The notes: generated by a model from the sequence alone, not told the origin. A DNA stretch of 44,904 bases from a virus (IMGVR_UViG_3300016662_000082:1-44904), one strand, 5' to 3'; numbered from the stretch's first letter, positions 16,863 to 27,158 are shown. Translations and numbers: made by a program.

Positions 16863-17907
16863 ATATTTTTTGAGCCATTTTTTCCCAAGTTTTTGTTTTC
16901 ATAGTTTGTGCTGCATTCTTACCTAACATTTGAATTTTTTTACGATTTTCGTATGACCATTTAATTAGTTCGATAAGATGGTCGGAGTCAGGCTCCTCCC
17001 AATTGCTAATGATTTCTCCTTCGGTAGATTTCAAGACAATTATGCCTTTAGAATTGAGTGGCAATCCGTTCTCAGAATTAAGAATGTCACCTTGACCTGT
17101 TCCAATAGTCCCTATGCAAGGTTTGCCGCAAGCCATATATTCCATCATTACTAGATTAGTTCCTGCTTCACATCTAGATGGAAAAATTCCAAGATCAGTA
17201 TTTTGATAAATTTCTGCCATCATTTCATTACTATGCAAAGGTGTCATGATAACTCGGTCTTGAGGTATGCCTGCCTTGATCAGATCATCTTTGCCGTCAT
17301 CTTTTGTATAAGTATTCGTCCAATTACACACCAGCTTAATGTCTGCATACTTATCGCAAATGGATTTAAATGCTTTTATGATGACATCCTGACCCTTTCT
17401 CGTTTCGTATTTACATCCTGAAAATAAAAAGAAATCATCTGTAAAATACTTTTTAATTTTTCTTGATTCGTTAAAAATAATTGGGTTGATACCCTGATGG
17501 ATTACTGTCGATTTGACTCCATAACTCTCAAGTAGCTTTTGGCTCCATGATGAACCTGAAACTATGAAATCATAGTGCTTTGACTTTATCACCAAATCAT
17601 TAGGTATTTTCCTATCGGAAAATGTAATGCCCACTTTGATTGATCCATTGAAGTAATCAATATATGGTTTCAAATCATGTTCTAAAGCTTGGATTAAAGG
17701 ATAATCTTTTTGATTTTTTAAATAATTGAAATCATTATAAGATATTTTTTGAAAATAAGTGTTCGCTATTGAACTTACTTTTTCGTTATTATCAAATTCA
17801 CTTGAACAATATTTAATTTTTGTAATTTGGGAAAGTTCTGTGGCTAAGTTTAGACTACAAACTCCCCAGCCTGTATAGTTGTTGTATGGCAAAGCCAAAA
17901 ATATCAT
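16846..17907 (-). CDS. Glycosyltransferase family 4 (GT-B)
   Basis: RKGQDVIIKAF and FPSRCEAGTNLVMMEYMACGKP (EX7E-like motif). Confidence 0.88.
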   Translation of the reverse strand: MIFLALPYNNYTGWGVCSLNLATELSQITKIKYCSSEFDNNEKVSSIANTYFQKISYNDFNYLKNQKDYPLIQALEHDLKPYIDYFNGSIKVGITFSDRKIPNDLVIKSKHYDFIVSGSSWSQKLLESYGVKSTVIHQGINPIIFNESRKIKKYFTDDFFLFSGCKYETRKGQDVIIKAFKSICDKYADIKLVCNWTNTYTKDDGKDDLIKAGIPQDRVIMTPLHSNEMMAEIYQNTDLGIFPSRCEAGTNLVMMEYMACGKPCIGTIGTGQGDILNSENGLPLNSKGIIVLKSTEGEIISNWEEPDSDHLIELIKWSYENRKKIQMLGKNAAQTMKTKTWEKMAQKIFKLIS

Positions 17908-18443
17908 AGCAAGTAACCGAGTATTGTCCCTTCAAAGTCACAACCTACTGGAGCTTCGTGTTTTACTTTAATTGTTATTGTATCACCTGCGGCAACTTTA
18001 ATTGGCGAATGTGAATAAGAAATTGTCACAGTAAGATTTGCTACTGAGCTTCTTGCAGCTAAAACAACATTCCCGTCAACATAAAGTTTGAAAACAGCAT
18101 TTGCATTTCCGCTCACATTGAGGCCAATAAAATAGAAAACTTTTCCAACAGGGACAGCATAAGTGACTACTGTTGTTTCCGATGAAGTAGGAACTAAAGT
18201 TACATCATCGTATGTATTGGCTTCTGTGCCGGGAAAACTGGAAATTATCGGTCTGGTAATTAAACCGAATTCATCTCCAACAGGATTAGTCGTTTGGGCT
18301 GGTACAATATCATCTAAACCTTCGCCTGTTATGACGACACGGGGTCTTTTGCGGTTAGTTGGTGCGCTTGGATAAACCACAAGGGATTCATCCATGACAT
18401 CCCCGCCAACACCGGGATTCAGAACTGTGTAATCGTCAGCCAT
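17904..18443 (-). CDS. Hypothetical beta-rich virion protein
   Basis: V/T/G-rich, AGGAG SD, TAAATA late-type box at 18465-18470. Confidence 0.65.
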   Translation of the reverse strand: MADDYTVLNPGVGGDVMDESLVVYPSAPTNRKRPRVVITGEGLDDIVPAQTTNPVGDEFGLITRPIISSFPGTEANTYDDVTLVPTSSETTVVTYAVPVGKVFYFIGLNVSGNANAVFKLYVDGNVVLAARSSVANLTVTISYSHSPIKVAAGDTITIKVKHEAPVGCDFEGTILGYLL

Positions 18444-18518
18444 TTTAAGAATTTTCTCCTTTTTTATTTAGTGAGGCAATGAATAAATCATATATGGTGC
18501 AAATTTTTTGTCTAAAGT

Positions 18519-18526
18519 TATAAATA
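18519..18526 (+). promoter_or_regulatory. T4-type late promoter TATAAATA
   Basis: Exact consensus followed by GGAGG (18531-18535) and ATG 18541. Confidence 0.6.
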
Positions 18527-18540
18527 GTATGGAGGATTTT

Positions 18541-18852
18541 ATGCGTATATCCAAGGACAATCCCATAGTAATACCGGCTTCAGATGAAAAAACCTACGAC
18601 ACATGGTGGGTAGAAAATATAAGTCTTGACGCAACTTTAATAGCCAGCACAGAACCAATTTTGGTTGTTGATTATAGGCTTTGCTATCTAGACGAAGAGA
18701 GTAAACCGCATTTTCACCCAAACGAACGCAGAAGATTACATCTGCGTGATATGTTCACATTTATGTCAGATAAACCAGAATTGTATGAAACAGTCTGGAA
18801 TGCAGTCTCGGTGCTTGGAAATATCGGCAAAGATACTGGAGTTCTAGATTGA
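18541..18852 (+). CDS. Hypothetical protein, paralogue of 42811..43125
   Basis: Shares NPxxIxxxxxKTYDTW; start revised using the SD. Confidence 0.75.
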   Translation: MRISKDNPIVIPASDEKTYDTWWVENISLDATLIASTEPILVVDYRLCYLDEESKPHFHPNERRRLHLRDMFTFMSDKPELYETVWNAVSVLGNIGKDTGVLD

Positions 18853-18855
18853 CCG

Positions 18856-18864
18856 TGGTATAAT
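18856..18864 (+). promoter_or_regulatory. Extended -10 promoter
   Basis: TGGTATAAT ahead of AAGGAG SD and the exonuclease start. Confidence 0.55.
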
Positions 18865-18886
18865 CCTGTCACAAGGAGAAATTACC

Positions 18887-19600
18887 ATGCGTTATCTGTC
18901 AATTGACATCGAAACAACAGGACTGAGTCCCGAAAACTGCGACATTATCCAATTCGCTGCGGTTTTGGATGATCTCAAAAATCCTAAACCATTAGCTGAA
19001 TTACCGAAATTTGAAGCGATAATTTTAAAAAGGTATGGATATCAAGGACATCCCTTTGCATTATCAATGCATTCAAACTTATTTAAAAAAATAGATATAG
19101 CTATCAAAAAGAATTTAGAAATTTGTCCTACAACAGGTGTTCGTTTTTTACAAATTTGTGAATTACCACAAGCATTAGAACTATTTTTACTATCAAATGG
19201 GTTCGACCAAAATCATGGCAAAATGTATGTGAATGTTGCTGGAAAAAACATTGGACAATTTGATTTGCCATTTTTAAATGCCAAAATCAAAGATTGGGGA
19301 TCAATCAAATTTTTGAGCCGTGTCATTGATCCGGCTATCTTGTATTTTGATATTCAAAAGGATATTTCTCTTCCTGACATGAAAACTTGTTTGGAAAGAG
19401 CGGGTCTAGCCGAAGAGGTAGCCCACACAGCTTTAGAAGATGCATTGGTAGTAGTAAAACTTTTGAGGAAAAAATTATTGGAGGAAAAATGTGTTGCGGA
19501 AGAAAACGACATGCAAAAAGAAAGGTTACAGGAATGCGTTCGGGAAGATTTAAGGCCAAAATTAAAAAAGAAGTCCAAGTCCCTCAAGAACAAGAGGTAG
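18887..19600 (+). CDS. DEDDh 3'-5' exonuclease (DnaQ-like)
   Basis: SIDIETTGL (ExoI), GKNIGQFDLPFL (ExoII), HTALEDA (ExoIII). Confidence 0.9.
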   Translation: MRYLSIDIETTGLSPENCDIIQFAAVLDDLKNPKPLAELPKFEAIILKRYGYQGHPFALSMHSNLFKKIDIAIKKNLEICPTTGVRFLQICELPQALELFLLSNGFDQNHGKMYVNVAGKNIGQFDLPFLNAKIKDWGSIKFLSRVIDPAILYFDIQKDISLPDMKTCLERAGLAEEVAHTALEDALVVVKLLRKKLLEEKCVAEENDMQKERLQECVREDLRPKLKKKSKSLKNKR

Positions 19601-19638
19601 TTACTCCGATCCATGAGCAACATACTCCGCATAAATAA
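19489..19638 (+). CDS. Small basic protein, 49 aa, overlapping both neighbours
   Basis: GGAGG at 19480-19484 then ATG 19489: MCCGRKRHAKRKVTGMRSGRFKAKIKK... Confidence 0.45.
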   Translation: MCCGRKRHAKRKVTGMRSGRFKAKIKKEVQVPQEQEVVTPIHEQHTPHK

Positions 19639-21058
19639 CGATTATTCGTTTTTCTTAACCGCAGACGAACATCTGCGACGAGAGTTGTTTCAACGACTTC
19701 GTTTCAGAGATAAAAATTATTTTCACAACAGAGCTTATAAGATGAAGAAGTGGGATGGTTTCATCAACTTCTTCGCAAATGATACAGGCAAATTTCTCAC
19801 TGGACTTCTTCCTGAAGTAACCGCTGTTCTCAAACATTTCAATGCCGAATATACTATTGACGATCAACGACAAAAAACTCCGTTTTCAATTGATACAATT
19901 AACGAGACATTCCTGAATCAATGGTTGCCGGAAACCAATAGCGTTGGCGATAAAATATCTGATTTTAAGTTATATGACTATCAAGTAGAAATGATCAATC
20001 AAGTCATTAAACATCGTCGTGGAGTGATATATGCTCCTACTTCTGCCGGTAAATCATTAGTCATGGTTGGAATTTTAAAAACCATAGCACCAAATATGCC
20101 GACTCTTGTCCTGCAAAACAGGGCTTCTTTGGCACAGCAAAACTATGAAGAGTTTGTAAAATGGGGATTGCCTAATGTAGGATGCTTATGGGGTGGTTCT
20201 GTTAAACCTAATATGATCACGGTGGCTACTGTTCAAAGTATTGCCAAAATGGAAAAAGTGTTGCCTAAAATTCGTGTTTTAATTGTTGATGAAATTCATG
20301 ACATGATGAGCACTTTGCCAAAAGCTGTCTATAGACGACTTAAAGCTGCTGACATTAGAGTCGCTGTATCAGCCACACCATTTAAGTTTGGCGGAAAAGA
20401 TAGCGTCCAAAAATTTTATGTAAGAGGTTTTTTTGGTCCTATCTTAAAGATTAAGTCTGCCGAAGGTGGTGTGCTTACAACTTCAGAACTCCAAGATCGT
20501 GGAATTCTAGCACAAAGTAAATGTACATTTTATCCTATTCGTGAGCCACAAATTCCACACGATATCTATATCGATGCCGTAACCAGAGGGATTGCTGAAA
20601 GTTTTTATTTCCATGATGTTGTAACAAGATTAGCTCGACAACAAAAAGGAAGAACCCTTATTTTAGTCGATAGAATCGCTCACGGAGATGCCCTGCACAA
20701 TCTTTTACCGGGAAGTTTATGGGTTCAAGGAAAAGATAACGCAGAAACTCGCAAAGGCGTTATCAAAGAATTGCAAAAAGCTAAAGGCGATTTAATTGCG
20801 ATAGCAACACAACAAATTTTCAATACAGGTATCAATGTGCATCCAAATAATCTTATCAATGCTGCTGGTGGCCAAGCCGACCACATGATTATTCAGCGCA
20901 TGGGTCGTGGATTAAGAACCGCTTCTGATAAAGAACGGTTGAATTATTATGACTTTGTCTTTGAAATCAATGATTATTTGCTTGAACATAGCAACAAAAG
21001 ACTTGCCATTCTTAAAAAAGAAGGACACGAAGTAACAATAAAGGAAATAGATTTCTAA
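19613..21058 (+). CDS. uvsW: UvsW-like superfamily 2 helicase
   Basis: LYDYQ Q-motif, APTSAGKS, DEIH, SAT, TGIN, QRMGRGLR and the N-terminal WDGFINFF typical of UvsW. Confidence 0.9.
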   Translation: MSNILRINNDYSFFLTADEHLRRELFQRLRFRDKNYFHNRAYKMKKWDGFINFFANDTGKFLTGLLPEVTAVLKHFNAEYTIDDQRQKTPFSIDTINETFLNQWLPETNSVGDKISDFKLYDYQVEMINQVIKHRRGVIYAPTSAGKSLVMVGILKTIAPNMPTLVLQNRASLAQQNYEEFVKWGLPNVGCLWGGSVKPNMITVATVQSIAKMEKVLPKIRVLIVDEIHDMMSTLPKAVYRRLKAADIRVAVSATPFKFGGKDSVQKFYVRGFFGPILKIKSAEGGVLTTSELQDRGILAQSKCTFYPIREPQIPHDIYIDAVTRGIAESFYFHDVVTRLARQQKGRTLILVDRIAHGDALHNLLPGSLWVQGKDNAETRKGVIKELQKAKGDLIAIATQQIFNTGINVHPNNLINAAGGQADHMIIQRMGRGLRTASDKERLNYYDFVFEINDYLLEHSNKRLAILKKEGHEVTIKEIDF

Positions 21059-21369
21059 TGTTACAATCTCCTGACTACGAACCCGCATTTTATGAAAAAC
21101 AAGTCCTTCAGATGAAGGATAGATTTGCAAAAATATTCAAAGTATTTAAAATTCCTTGGAAAACTTATATCAAGGATGTTGAAAAAAGACTCCGAGGAAG
21201 AACATATTGGTTGTGGAATTACTTGGTTGGCTTAGAGTCATTTATTCAACCACACCAAAAAACAGGATTGGCTCCAAGTAAGGAAACATTAGAAAAAGAT
21301 AAAGACTCAAGGATAAGTAGAATAGTTGGTGACTTTTACAAAGTTGAACAATATGTCAAAGGTTTATGA
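21058..21369 (+). CDS. Hypothetical protein
   Basis: 103-aa ORF, TAATG-coupled to uvsW. Confidence 0.65.
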   Translation: MLQSPDYEPAFYEKQVLQMKDRFAKIFKVFKIPWKTYIKDVEKRLRGRTYWLWNYLVGLESFIQPHQKTGLAPSKETLEKDKDSRISRIVGDFYKVEQYVKGL

Positions 21370-21514
21370 TACAATTAAAAAATTGCCCTTTTTTGTATTG
21401 CTTTTTATTCTTAGCATAATTTACTTAGCTTGTGGCTATATCGCAGGCTATTACATTGGATACAACCAAGGTCAACAAGACTATTTTAATTTTATTGAAA
21501 ATGTCATGCGATGA
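21353..21514 (+). CDS. Small single-pass membrane protein
   Basis: Hydrophobic FFVLLFILSIIYLACGYIAGYYIGY with GxxxG repeats; ATGA overlap with the next gene. Confidence 0.6.
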   Translation: MSKVYDTIKKLPFFVLLFILSIIYLACGYIAGYYIGYNQGQQDYFNFIENVMR

Positions 21515-22179
21515 AAAATAATTTTTTGATTCTTGCCCACGCTCGAAGTGGCAGTACAACATTAGCAGAAATATTTGAAAGCCAAAACCAAACGGTTTCA
21601 TTTGAACCATTCAATGCTCACAACCATCGTGGAATAAATTATTTGGATCATTGGGGCAAAGAAGGATTTGAATCAGCTTTTGATCTTATTCTTGCAAGTT
21701 ATAATGGAATAAAACATCTTTACAGTTTCACAAATTTTGATCAAACAAAATACATGAAATCTAAGTGCAATACAATTTTCTTATACAGAAATAATTTACT
21801 CGATGCAGCTTTGTCTTTGGAATTGGCTTTTAAAACAAATGTGTGGATGAAAGCACAGAAAAACCATGAATATTTAAAAGAAAAAGTAAATATAAAAATA
21901 GAAAAAATTCAAGGTGCAATATCTAATCTTCGCACACACCTAAAAAATCTTGATGATACTTGTTACAAAATATCTTACGAAGATTTATACGGATTAAATG
22001 GTTTCGACATAATAAAAGAAATATTTAAATTTACTAATTGTCCTATTAAAAATGAAAGCCTGATACATGAACTTTTGAATAAAAAAAATAAATTAAATAA
22101 TCGTTCTTGGTGTGAAGTAATTGGTAATTGGGACGAAATAGCATCCATAAATTTTGGTAATACAGTTTTTATGGATTAG
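21511..22179 (+). CDS. Sulfotransferase (Stf0-like), paralogue of 7489..8145
   Basis: HARSGSTTL, FEPFN, LYRNNLLDAALS, ISYEDL. Confidence 0.87.
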   Translation: MKNNFLILAHARSGSTTLAEIFESQNQTVSFEPFNAHNHRGINYLDHWGKEGFESAFDLILASYNGIKHLYSFTNFDQTKYMKSKCNTIFLYRNNLLDAALSLELAFKTNVWMKAQKNHEYLKEKVNIKIEKIQGAISNLRTHLKNLDDTCYKISYEDLYGLNGFDIIKEIFKFTNCPIKNESLIHELLNKKNKLNNRSWCEVIGNWDEIASINFGNTVFMD

Positions 22180-23740
22180 TTTTTGTCATCTCAACATAAA
22201 TGCTTATTTCAGGGAGATAATCCATAGTCTCCCTGATAATTTCTGGATGACCTTCATTAAATCTTTTTCTTTCAACTTGGAATCCAACCAAGTTTCCAAT
22301 CTTTGTTAAACTGTTGATGTCGTAAGCAATTTTATGATTATCAAATAAATATGACCAGAATTTGAATGACTCTTGATCATTGGAAGCGGCATTTAAGTTA
22401 ATTTCATCAAGTTCATGCAATTTGCCGTTAAGGTATTTCTTAACCATTAAATCTAAATCAGGAACGGCAATACGCATCACCGCTCCAGCTTTCATCACAC
22501 GATAACATTCTCTAAGGAAATTCAATCCTTCATTCCAATCCAAATGCTCCAACATATGGCTTGAGACAATTAAATCAACGCTATTTGATTCAAATGGGAA
22601 AGTTCCTCTGCTGTCCATCTGTAAAAATTTATATTGATTTGCCATAGCATAAGAGCTTAAATCAATCACATCGGTATTGATCCAGCCATTGTGCAGCATG
22701 ACTGTGAAGCTGCCAATATTTAATTTAAGTTTACCATTACCGGCGGGAACGGCGAAAGGCAAAGAACCATCAACTATTTCATCATTGCCTAGAAAATATT
22801 GATTTTCCCAATTCAGCTTTAACTTATTCGTGTCAACTGAATGTATGCCTCTTTTGCATACACGATTTGCTTCTTTTAATACTTGTGGAATAATTTCAGG
22901 ATTCAAGTAGTCAAGGACACCTTGAGAAAAACACAGATCAAATTGCTTGTCCTCAAATGGCCAAGGAATTTGTCTAATATCAATTTTTTGAACTGCATTT
23001 GTGACTCTTGTGAGCCAACAATGGTCAGAAATCTCTAATCCAAGTGCCGTAATTCCATGAGATTCAAATCTTTTCAGTAAATAACCACGACCGCATCCTA
23101 GCTCAAGAATAGATGACGGATTTTCTTGCATGAGAGTATTGAAAACAATCCAGTTCGTTGGATGATCACGATAAAATCCTGTGTTTTCTCCGTAAAAATT
23201 CATATTATCAAAATATTCACGGTCAAACTTAATTTCACCTGTTGTTTTTTGTACCTCTATTATCATGTCTGTGCCTAAAGCCCCATGTGGCACAACAATA
23301 ACATTTCTAAATCCTGCTTCTGTCAAAAGCTTGATTGCATACCTTGGATTAAGACTATTACGATGCGTGTTTTCTGGATAATCTTGGTCACCAAATATAA
23401 TGCAGGAACAATCATCGTTCCATTCATCATGATTCAAGACATATTTCATTTGTCTTTCTGTGTTTGCAGTAATGAATACTGCTTTTCCATTCTTCTTCAA
23501 AATCCTGAAAACTTCTGAAATAAAAAGTCTTACTTTACGCCAGCTAAGATGTTCGATGCAGTAGCAACTGAATACGCCATCATAATCTTCATCTTTAAGT
23601 GGCAAAACATCGTTAAAATCAGCAACAATATCAATGTTTTCGCCAGACCTAACATCAAGATTGGGACGGAAATATGGCCTGTTGCCACCGCCCAATTCGA
23701 TGACTTTATGTTGTGGTGTAAATGGGATAGTGTAACTCAT
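22169..23740 (-). CDS. Triple-domain class I SAM methyltransferase
   Basis: Three motif sets: VIELGGG..YCIEHL, ILELGCGRG..GVLDYL, LNIGS..HMLEHL. Start placed at MSYTIPF (ATGA overlap). Confidence 0.85.
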   Translation of the reverse strand: MSYTIPFTPQHKVIELGGGNRPYFRPNLDVRSGENIDIVADFNDVLPLKDEDYDGVFSCYCIEHLSWRKVRLFISEVFRILKKNGKAVFITANTERQMKYVLNHDEWNDDCSCIIFGDQDYPENTHRNSLNPRYAIKLLTEAGFRNVIVVPHGALGTDMIIEVQKTTGEIKFDREYFDNMNFYGENTGFYRDHPTNWIVFNTLMQENPSSILELGCGRGYLLKRFESHGITALGLEISDHCWLTRVTNAVQKIDIRQIPWPFEDKQFDLCFSQGVLDYLNPEIIPQVLKEANRVCKRGIHSVDTNKLKLNWENQYFLGNDEIVDGSLPFAVPAGNGKLKLNIGSFTVMLHNGWINTDVIDLSSYAMANQYKFLQMDSRGTFPFESNSVDLIVSSHMLEHLDWNEGLNFLRECYRVMKAGAVMRIAVPDLDLMVKKYLNGKLHELDEINLNAASNDQESFKFWSYLFDNHKIAYDINSLTKIGNLVGFQVERKRFNEGHPEIIRETMDYLPEISIYVEMTKTNP

Positions 23741-24747
23741 GACAATAGCTCCTTCCAAACATTAAGGTAAAGCGGTTTTACCTTTTCCCAAGTATATTCT
23801 TTTGACCTATATTCTGCGTTTTTGGAAAACTGCTCTCTCAAATTTTGATTTTTTCTTAAATTGTCAATACATTCGGCAAGTAATTTAGAATTACATTTGT
23901 TGAAGACAAGTCCGCAATCTTCAACCACATCACTAGCACCAGCGCCATCACTAACTACAACAGGTCTACCTGCGCTCATTGCCTCAAGAACTTCAATCCC
24001 AAATCCTTCTGTTGCGCTAGGTTGCACATATAATGAACATGAATTGTAAAAATCTTCAACAGAATCCACCCAACCCTCAATGCTGATATTGCCTTTTCCA
24101 AAATGCCTAATGAGAGGCATGAGCATAGGAGTTTGACTTCCAGCCAAACTAAGAATAGCATCATGGTAATTCAGTATCGACCATGCCTCGATAAGATATC
24201 GAATACCCTTATCTGGACCACATTGTCCCAAATATCCAACTGTGAATGTTTTAGGAGTTCTTTTATTTTTTACTGGTTCATGACCATGTGGAATAATCGT
24301 AGTTTTTTGAATTCCATATCTGTTGTTAATTTCTTGTGCAATCTTAGAAGGGCATATCACTAAGTCCGATTTCTTATAAGAAGAAATGTACCTCTCAAAC
24401 AAATCTTTATTGTTCAAATGTGGAAAATTAAAATTCATTTTCAAACATTGAAATTCACTCCTGCTCACATCGACATCATGTGCCGCTACTGTATAGGTCA
24501 CCTTTACGCCAGAATCCTTTAGCTTCTGAACAAGATTGGGGAAAGTACCACCATAGAAATGTGCAAGTTTGTATGTCGAAAAATCTTGCCCAAGTAGTGC
24601 TTTTTCTGCGTCAAATGGATCGGGTGTGGATTCAGGATTAAGAACATCAACCGAACCAAGGGTCGTCAATGCTTCCAATTCATATTTCGTGACCTGTCCT
24701 CCACCTGTGATAGAGCCAATTCGATCATTTGTCACATATAGGAACAT
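23737..24747 (-). CDS. Glycosyltransferase family 4
   Basis: GQCGPDKGIRYLIEAW, PSATEGFGIEVLEAMSAGRPVV. Confidence 0.92.
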   Translation of the reverse strand: MFLYVTNDRIGSITGGGQVTKYELEALTTLGSVDVLNPESTPDPFDAEKALLGQDFSTYKLAHFYGGTFPNLVQKLKDSGVKVTYTVAAHDVDVSRSEFQCLKMNFNFPHLNNKDLFERYISSYKKSDLVICPSKIAQEINNRYGIQKTTIIPHGHEPVKNKRTPKTFTVGYLGQCGPDKGIRYLIEAWSILNYHDAILSLAGSQTPMLMPLIRHFGKGNISIEGWVDSVEDFYNSCSLYVQPSATEGFGIEVLEAMSAGRPVVVSDGAGASDVVEDCGLVFNKCNSKLLAECIDNLRKNQNLREQFSKNAEYRSKEYTWEKVKPLYLNVWKELLS

Positions 24748-24748
24748 T

Positions 24749-25399
24749 TTACTTCCTCAACTTGAGAAAACATGAAATATGAGGCAATCCTTTTGTGTTC
24801 AAAATCGCTTCATTTAGAGTTATTGGATCGCCTGCTTTTAGAACCTTACCATTGATTGTAATTTCTTCACAAACACCAAGGCTGAATATTTCTGTTTGAA
24901 AATCTTGGATTATTCTGTCTAAGAGATTGGCCCAATCATAAACACGCCAATGAGGTTTTTTTTCTACAAACTTGCCTCCAAAAGGAGTAGTCACATAACA
25001 AGTTCCACCGGGCTTCAACAAATCGTAAATATAACGCATGGCTAGAACATCATAAAAATCATGCGTTCTGCCTTCTTCGTAAGTGTTTAGACCCAAATGT
25101 TCTATGGCAGAAATAATGACGGCAGAATCAAAAGTGCCAATATTTTCACGAAGCCATTCTGGTGGCATTCTGCAAAAATCTGCTTTGATATGATTATAAA
25201 TTGGTTCTTGATCGCAATCTCTTAAATCAACTCCTGTGACATTGAAACCACTTTTTGTTAAAATACTTGAAATTGGACTGTGTTGAGAGCCAATCTCAAG
25301 GATTTTTGCTCCTACTGGTTCGTCAAAATCACGAAAAAATAAATCCGCTTCAGGATCAAATATTTTATATTCTTCTTTTATTTGTTGAGGAATTATCAT
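24749..25399 (-). CDS. Class I SAM methyltransferase (DUF268-like)
   Basis: ILEIGS, GVDLR, ISAIEHLGL, LLKPGG, TPFG, RVY. Start placed at MIIPQ (ATGA overlap). Confidence 0.8.
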   Translation of the reverse strand: MIIPQQIKEEYKIFDPEADLFFRDFDEPVGAKILEIGSQHSPISSILTKSGFNVTGVDLRDCDQEPIYNHIKADFCRMPPEWLRENIGTFDSAVIISAIEHLGLNTYEEGRTHDFYDVLAMRYIYDLLKPGGTCYVTTPFGGKFVEKKPHWRVYDWANLLDRIIQDFQTEIFSLGVCEEITINGKVLKAGDPITLNEAILNTKGLPHISCFLKLRK

Positions 25400-26103
25400 A
25401 TATCCCAAACTTTCAAACAAATAGTTGCAAGAATACAACCACCGGGAAATTTAGCGGTATAATACTTGTCATCTTGAAAACCTGATATTCCAAATAATTG
25501 GAGGATTTCTGCTCCATCTTCTGGCTTCATGTAGAAATCAAATTGTGTCTCTCCCGGCTCCAATACAATGTCAAATGTTAAATAAAATTCTCCGCCTTTT
25601 TTCAACATATTGAGCATATTGCCAATACATGCGAACCTTATGTTTTTATCTTGAATATGTTCAAGAACTGATAAGCAATAAATTTTGTCAAATTTTTCTT
25701 CTGTCCTGAGGCTTTCTATTGTGCTGTTGTAAAACTCAATGTTTTTGAAACCAAGTCTTTCAGCGGATTTAATTGACTTATCAAGGTAGTCTTGGTTCAT
25801 GTCAATAGTGACTACCTTTTGACACCTTTTTGCAAGAGCATACTTAAAAACGGCATATGCTCCTCCTGCATCAAGACAAACATCAGTAGGCTTCAAATTA
25901 CTGTGACTAAGTGCCCAAGGATATTCATATTGTCTGCTCCAATGCAAACTGGTGAGGCTCGTATTGGAAATTTTGTAATTTAGAGAAGCTTCTTCTTCTG
26001 GCACAAATTCACAACATTCAGGGCATTGAATGTCGTAACTACAGAATTCCCTGAGTAAATTTACATCAGGACAACCATAAGCATAAGAAATATGAATTCT
26101 CAC
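25396..26103 (-). CDS. Class I SAM methyltransferase
   Basis: WSRQYEYPW, CLDAGGA, FDKIYCLSVLEHI, LKKGG. Confidence 0.85.
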   Translation of the reverse strand: MRIHISYAYGCPDVNLLREFCSYDIQCPECCEFVPEEEASLNYKISNTSLTSLHWSRQYEYPWALSHSNLKPTDVCLDAGGAYAVFKYALAKRCQKVVTIDMNQDYLDKSIKSAERLGFKNIEFYNSTIESLRTEEKFDKIYCLSVLEHIQDKNIRFACIGNMLNMLKKGGEFYLTFDIVLEPGETQFDFYMKPEDGAEILQLFGISGFQDDKYYTAKFPGGCILATICLKVWDI

Positions 26104-27158
26104 CAGCCACCTGTGTCTATTGCTTCAAAACATAGTTCTTCATAACGATTAACCATGTTTTCATAGGAAAATTGCATCGCCCATTCCATGCAGCGTTCTG
26201 GCTTTATCGAAGAAACTGCATCGCTTTTGATAAGTTCTTGCATTTCATCTTGCGTATTTACCAAGAAACCTGTTTCGCCATGCTTGATAGTTTCTTTGCA
26301 AGCACCATGATTCCAAGCAATAACTGGCATACCGCAAAGTTGTGCTTCGACAGGAGCAAGTCCAAATGGCTCACGGAATAGCATATTCGGGTGAAGAAGA
26401 GCCTTATTTGTATTGAACCAAGTAACGCACTCATCACGATTCTGATGTCCAACATATCGTAAATTTGGCGAAACGCTACAAGTTTGTTTGACTCTGTTAA
26501 GAAGGTCTGGTTCTCCTGTAATCTTGTCATCTCCCACAAGATCAAGTTCAATCTTGCATTTGTTAGCCACATCTACTGCGATGTGTGGTCCTTTGATTGT
26601 GCTAATCCTTGCAAGGAAAAGGTAACGATTATTTCTTTTCAATCCTGTATTTTTATAAAAACTTGTATCAACACCGTTGTATGAAACCCTTGAGGCGCAC
26701 TTTAGGTGAGCAGAGCAGGCTTCTGATTGGTCTTTTGAAATACAAACAAAGTTAGGAAAAGGAACAGGTGGTGCGCTGTTGTACATCGTTTCAACTGGCG
26801 CATGAAGAACACCGAGAATAGGTTGTGGAAGTTTGCCTTCCATTTTCAAAATATAAGACCATTTCTCCCAACTATGATCGATGATTACATCAAAACTAGG
26901 TAGTTTTTGCCAATAACCCGAATAGGCTTGTCCTTCTGGCTCATATTGTGTTGTTTCGTGAATTTCACAGCTACTTGTTGAGCCTCTGGGGGCAACAAGC
27001 ATTACTTCATGACCTTTTGCTTTAAGACCTTCCGCTATCTGCCATGCTAACATCTCTAGGCCAGAGTAACCCTTTGGAGGACAATGCAGAACGGTGCTGG
27101 ATATAACACAAATTCTTAACTTTTTCATTGGAGTCGTTGGCAAGTAGGTAAGTTTCAT
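26100..27158 (-). CDS. Glycosyltransferase family 4
   Basis: PPKGYSGLE, LARISTIKG, EPFGLAPVEAQLCGMPV. Confidence 0.92.
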   Translation of the reverse strand: MKLTYLPTTPMKKLRICVISSTVLHCPPKGYSGLEMLAWQIAEGLKAKGHEVMLVAPRGSTSSCEIHETTQYEPEGQAYSGYWQKLPSFDVIIDHSWEKWSYILKMEGKLPQPILGVLHAPVETMYNSAPPVPFPNFVCISKDQSEACSAHLKCASRVSYNGVDTSFYKNTGLKRNNRYLFLARISTIKGPHIAVDVANKCKIELDLVGDDKITGEPDLLNRVKQTCSVSPNLRYVGHQNRDECVTWFNTNKALLHPNMLFREPFGLAPVEAQLCGMPVIAWNHGACKETIKHGETGFLVNTQDEMQELIKSDAVSSIKPERCMEWAMQFSYENMVNRYEELCFEAIDTGGW

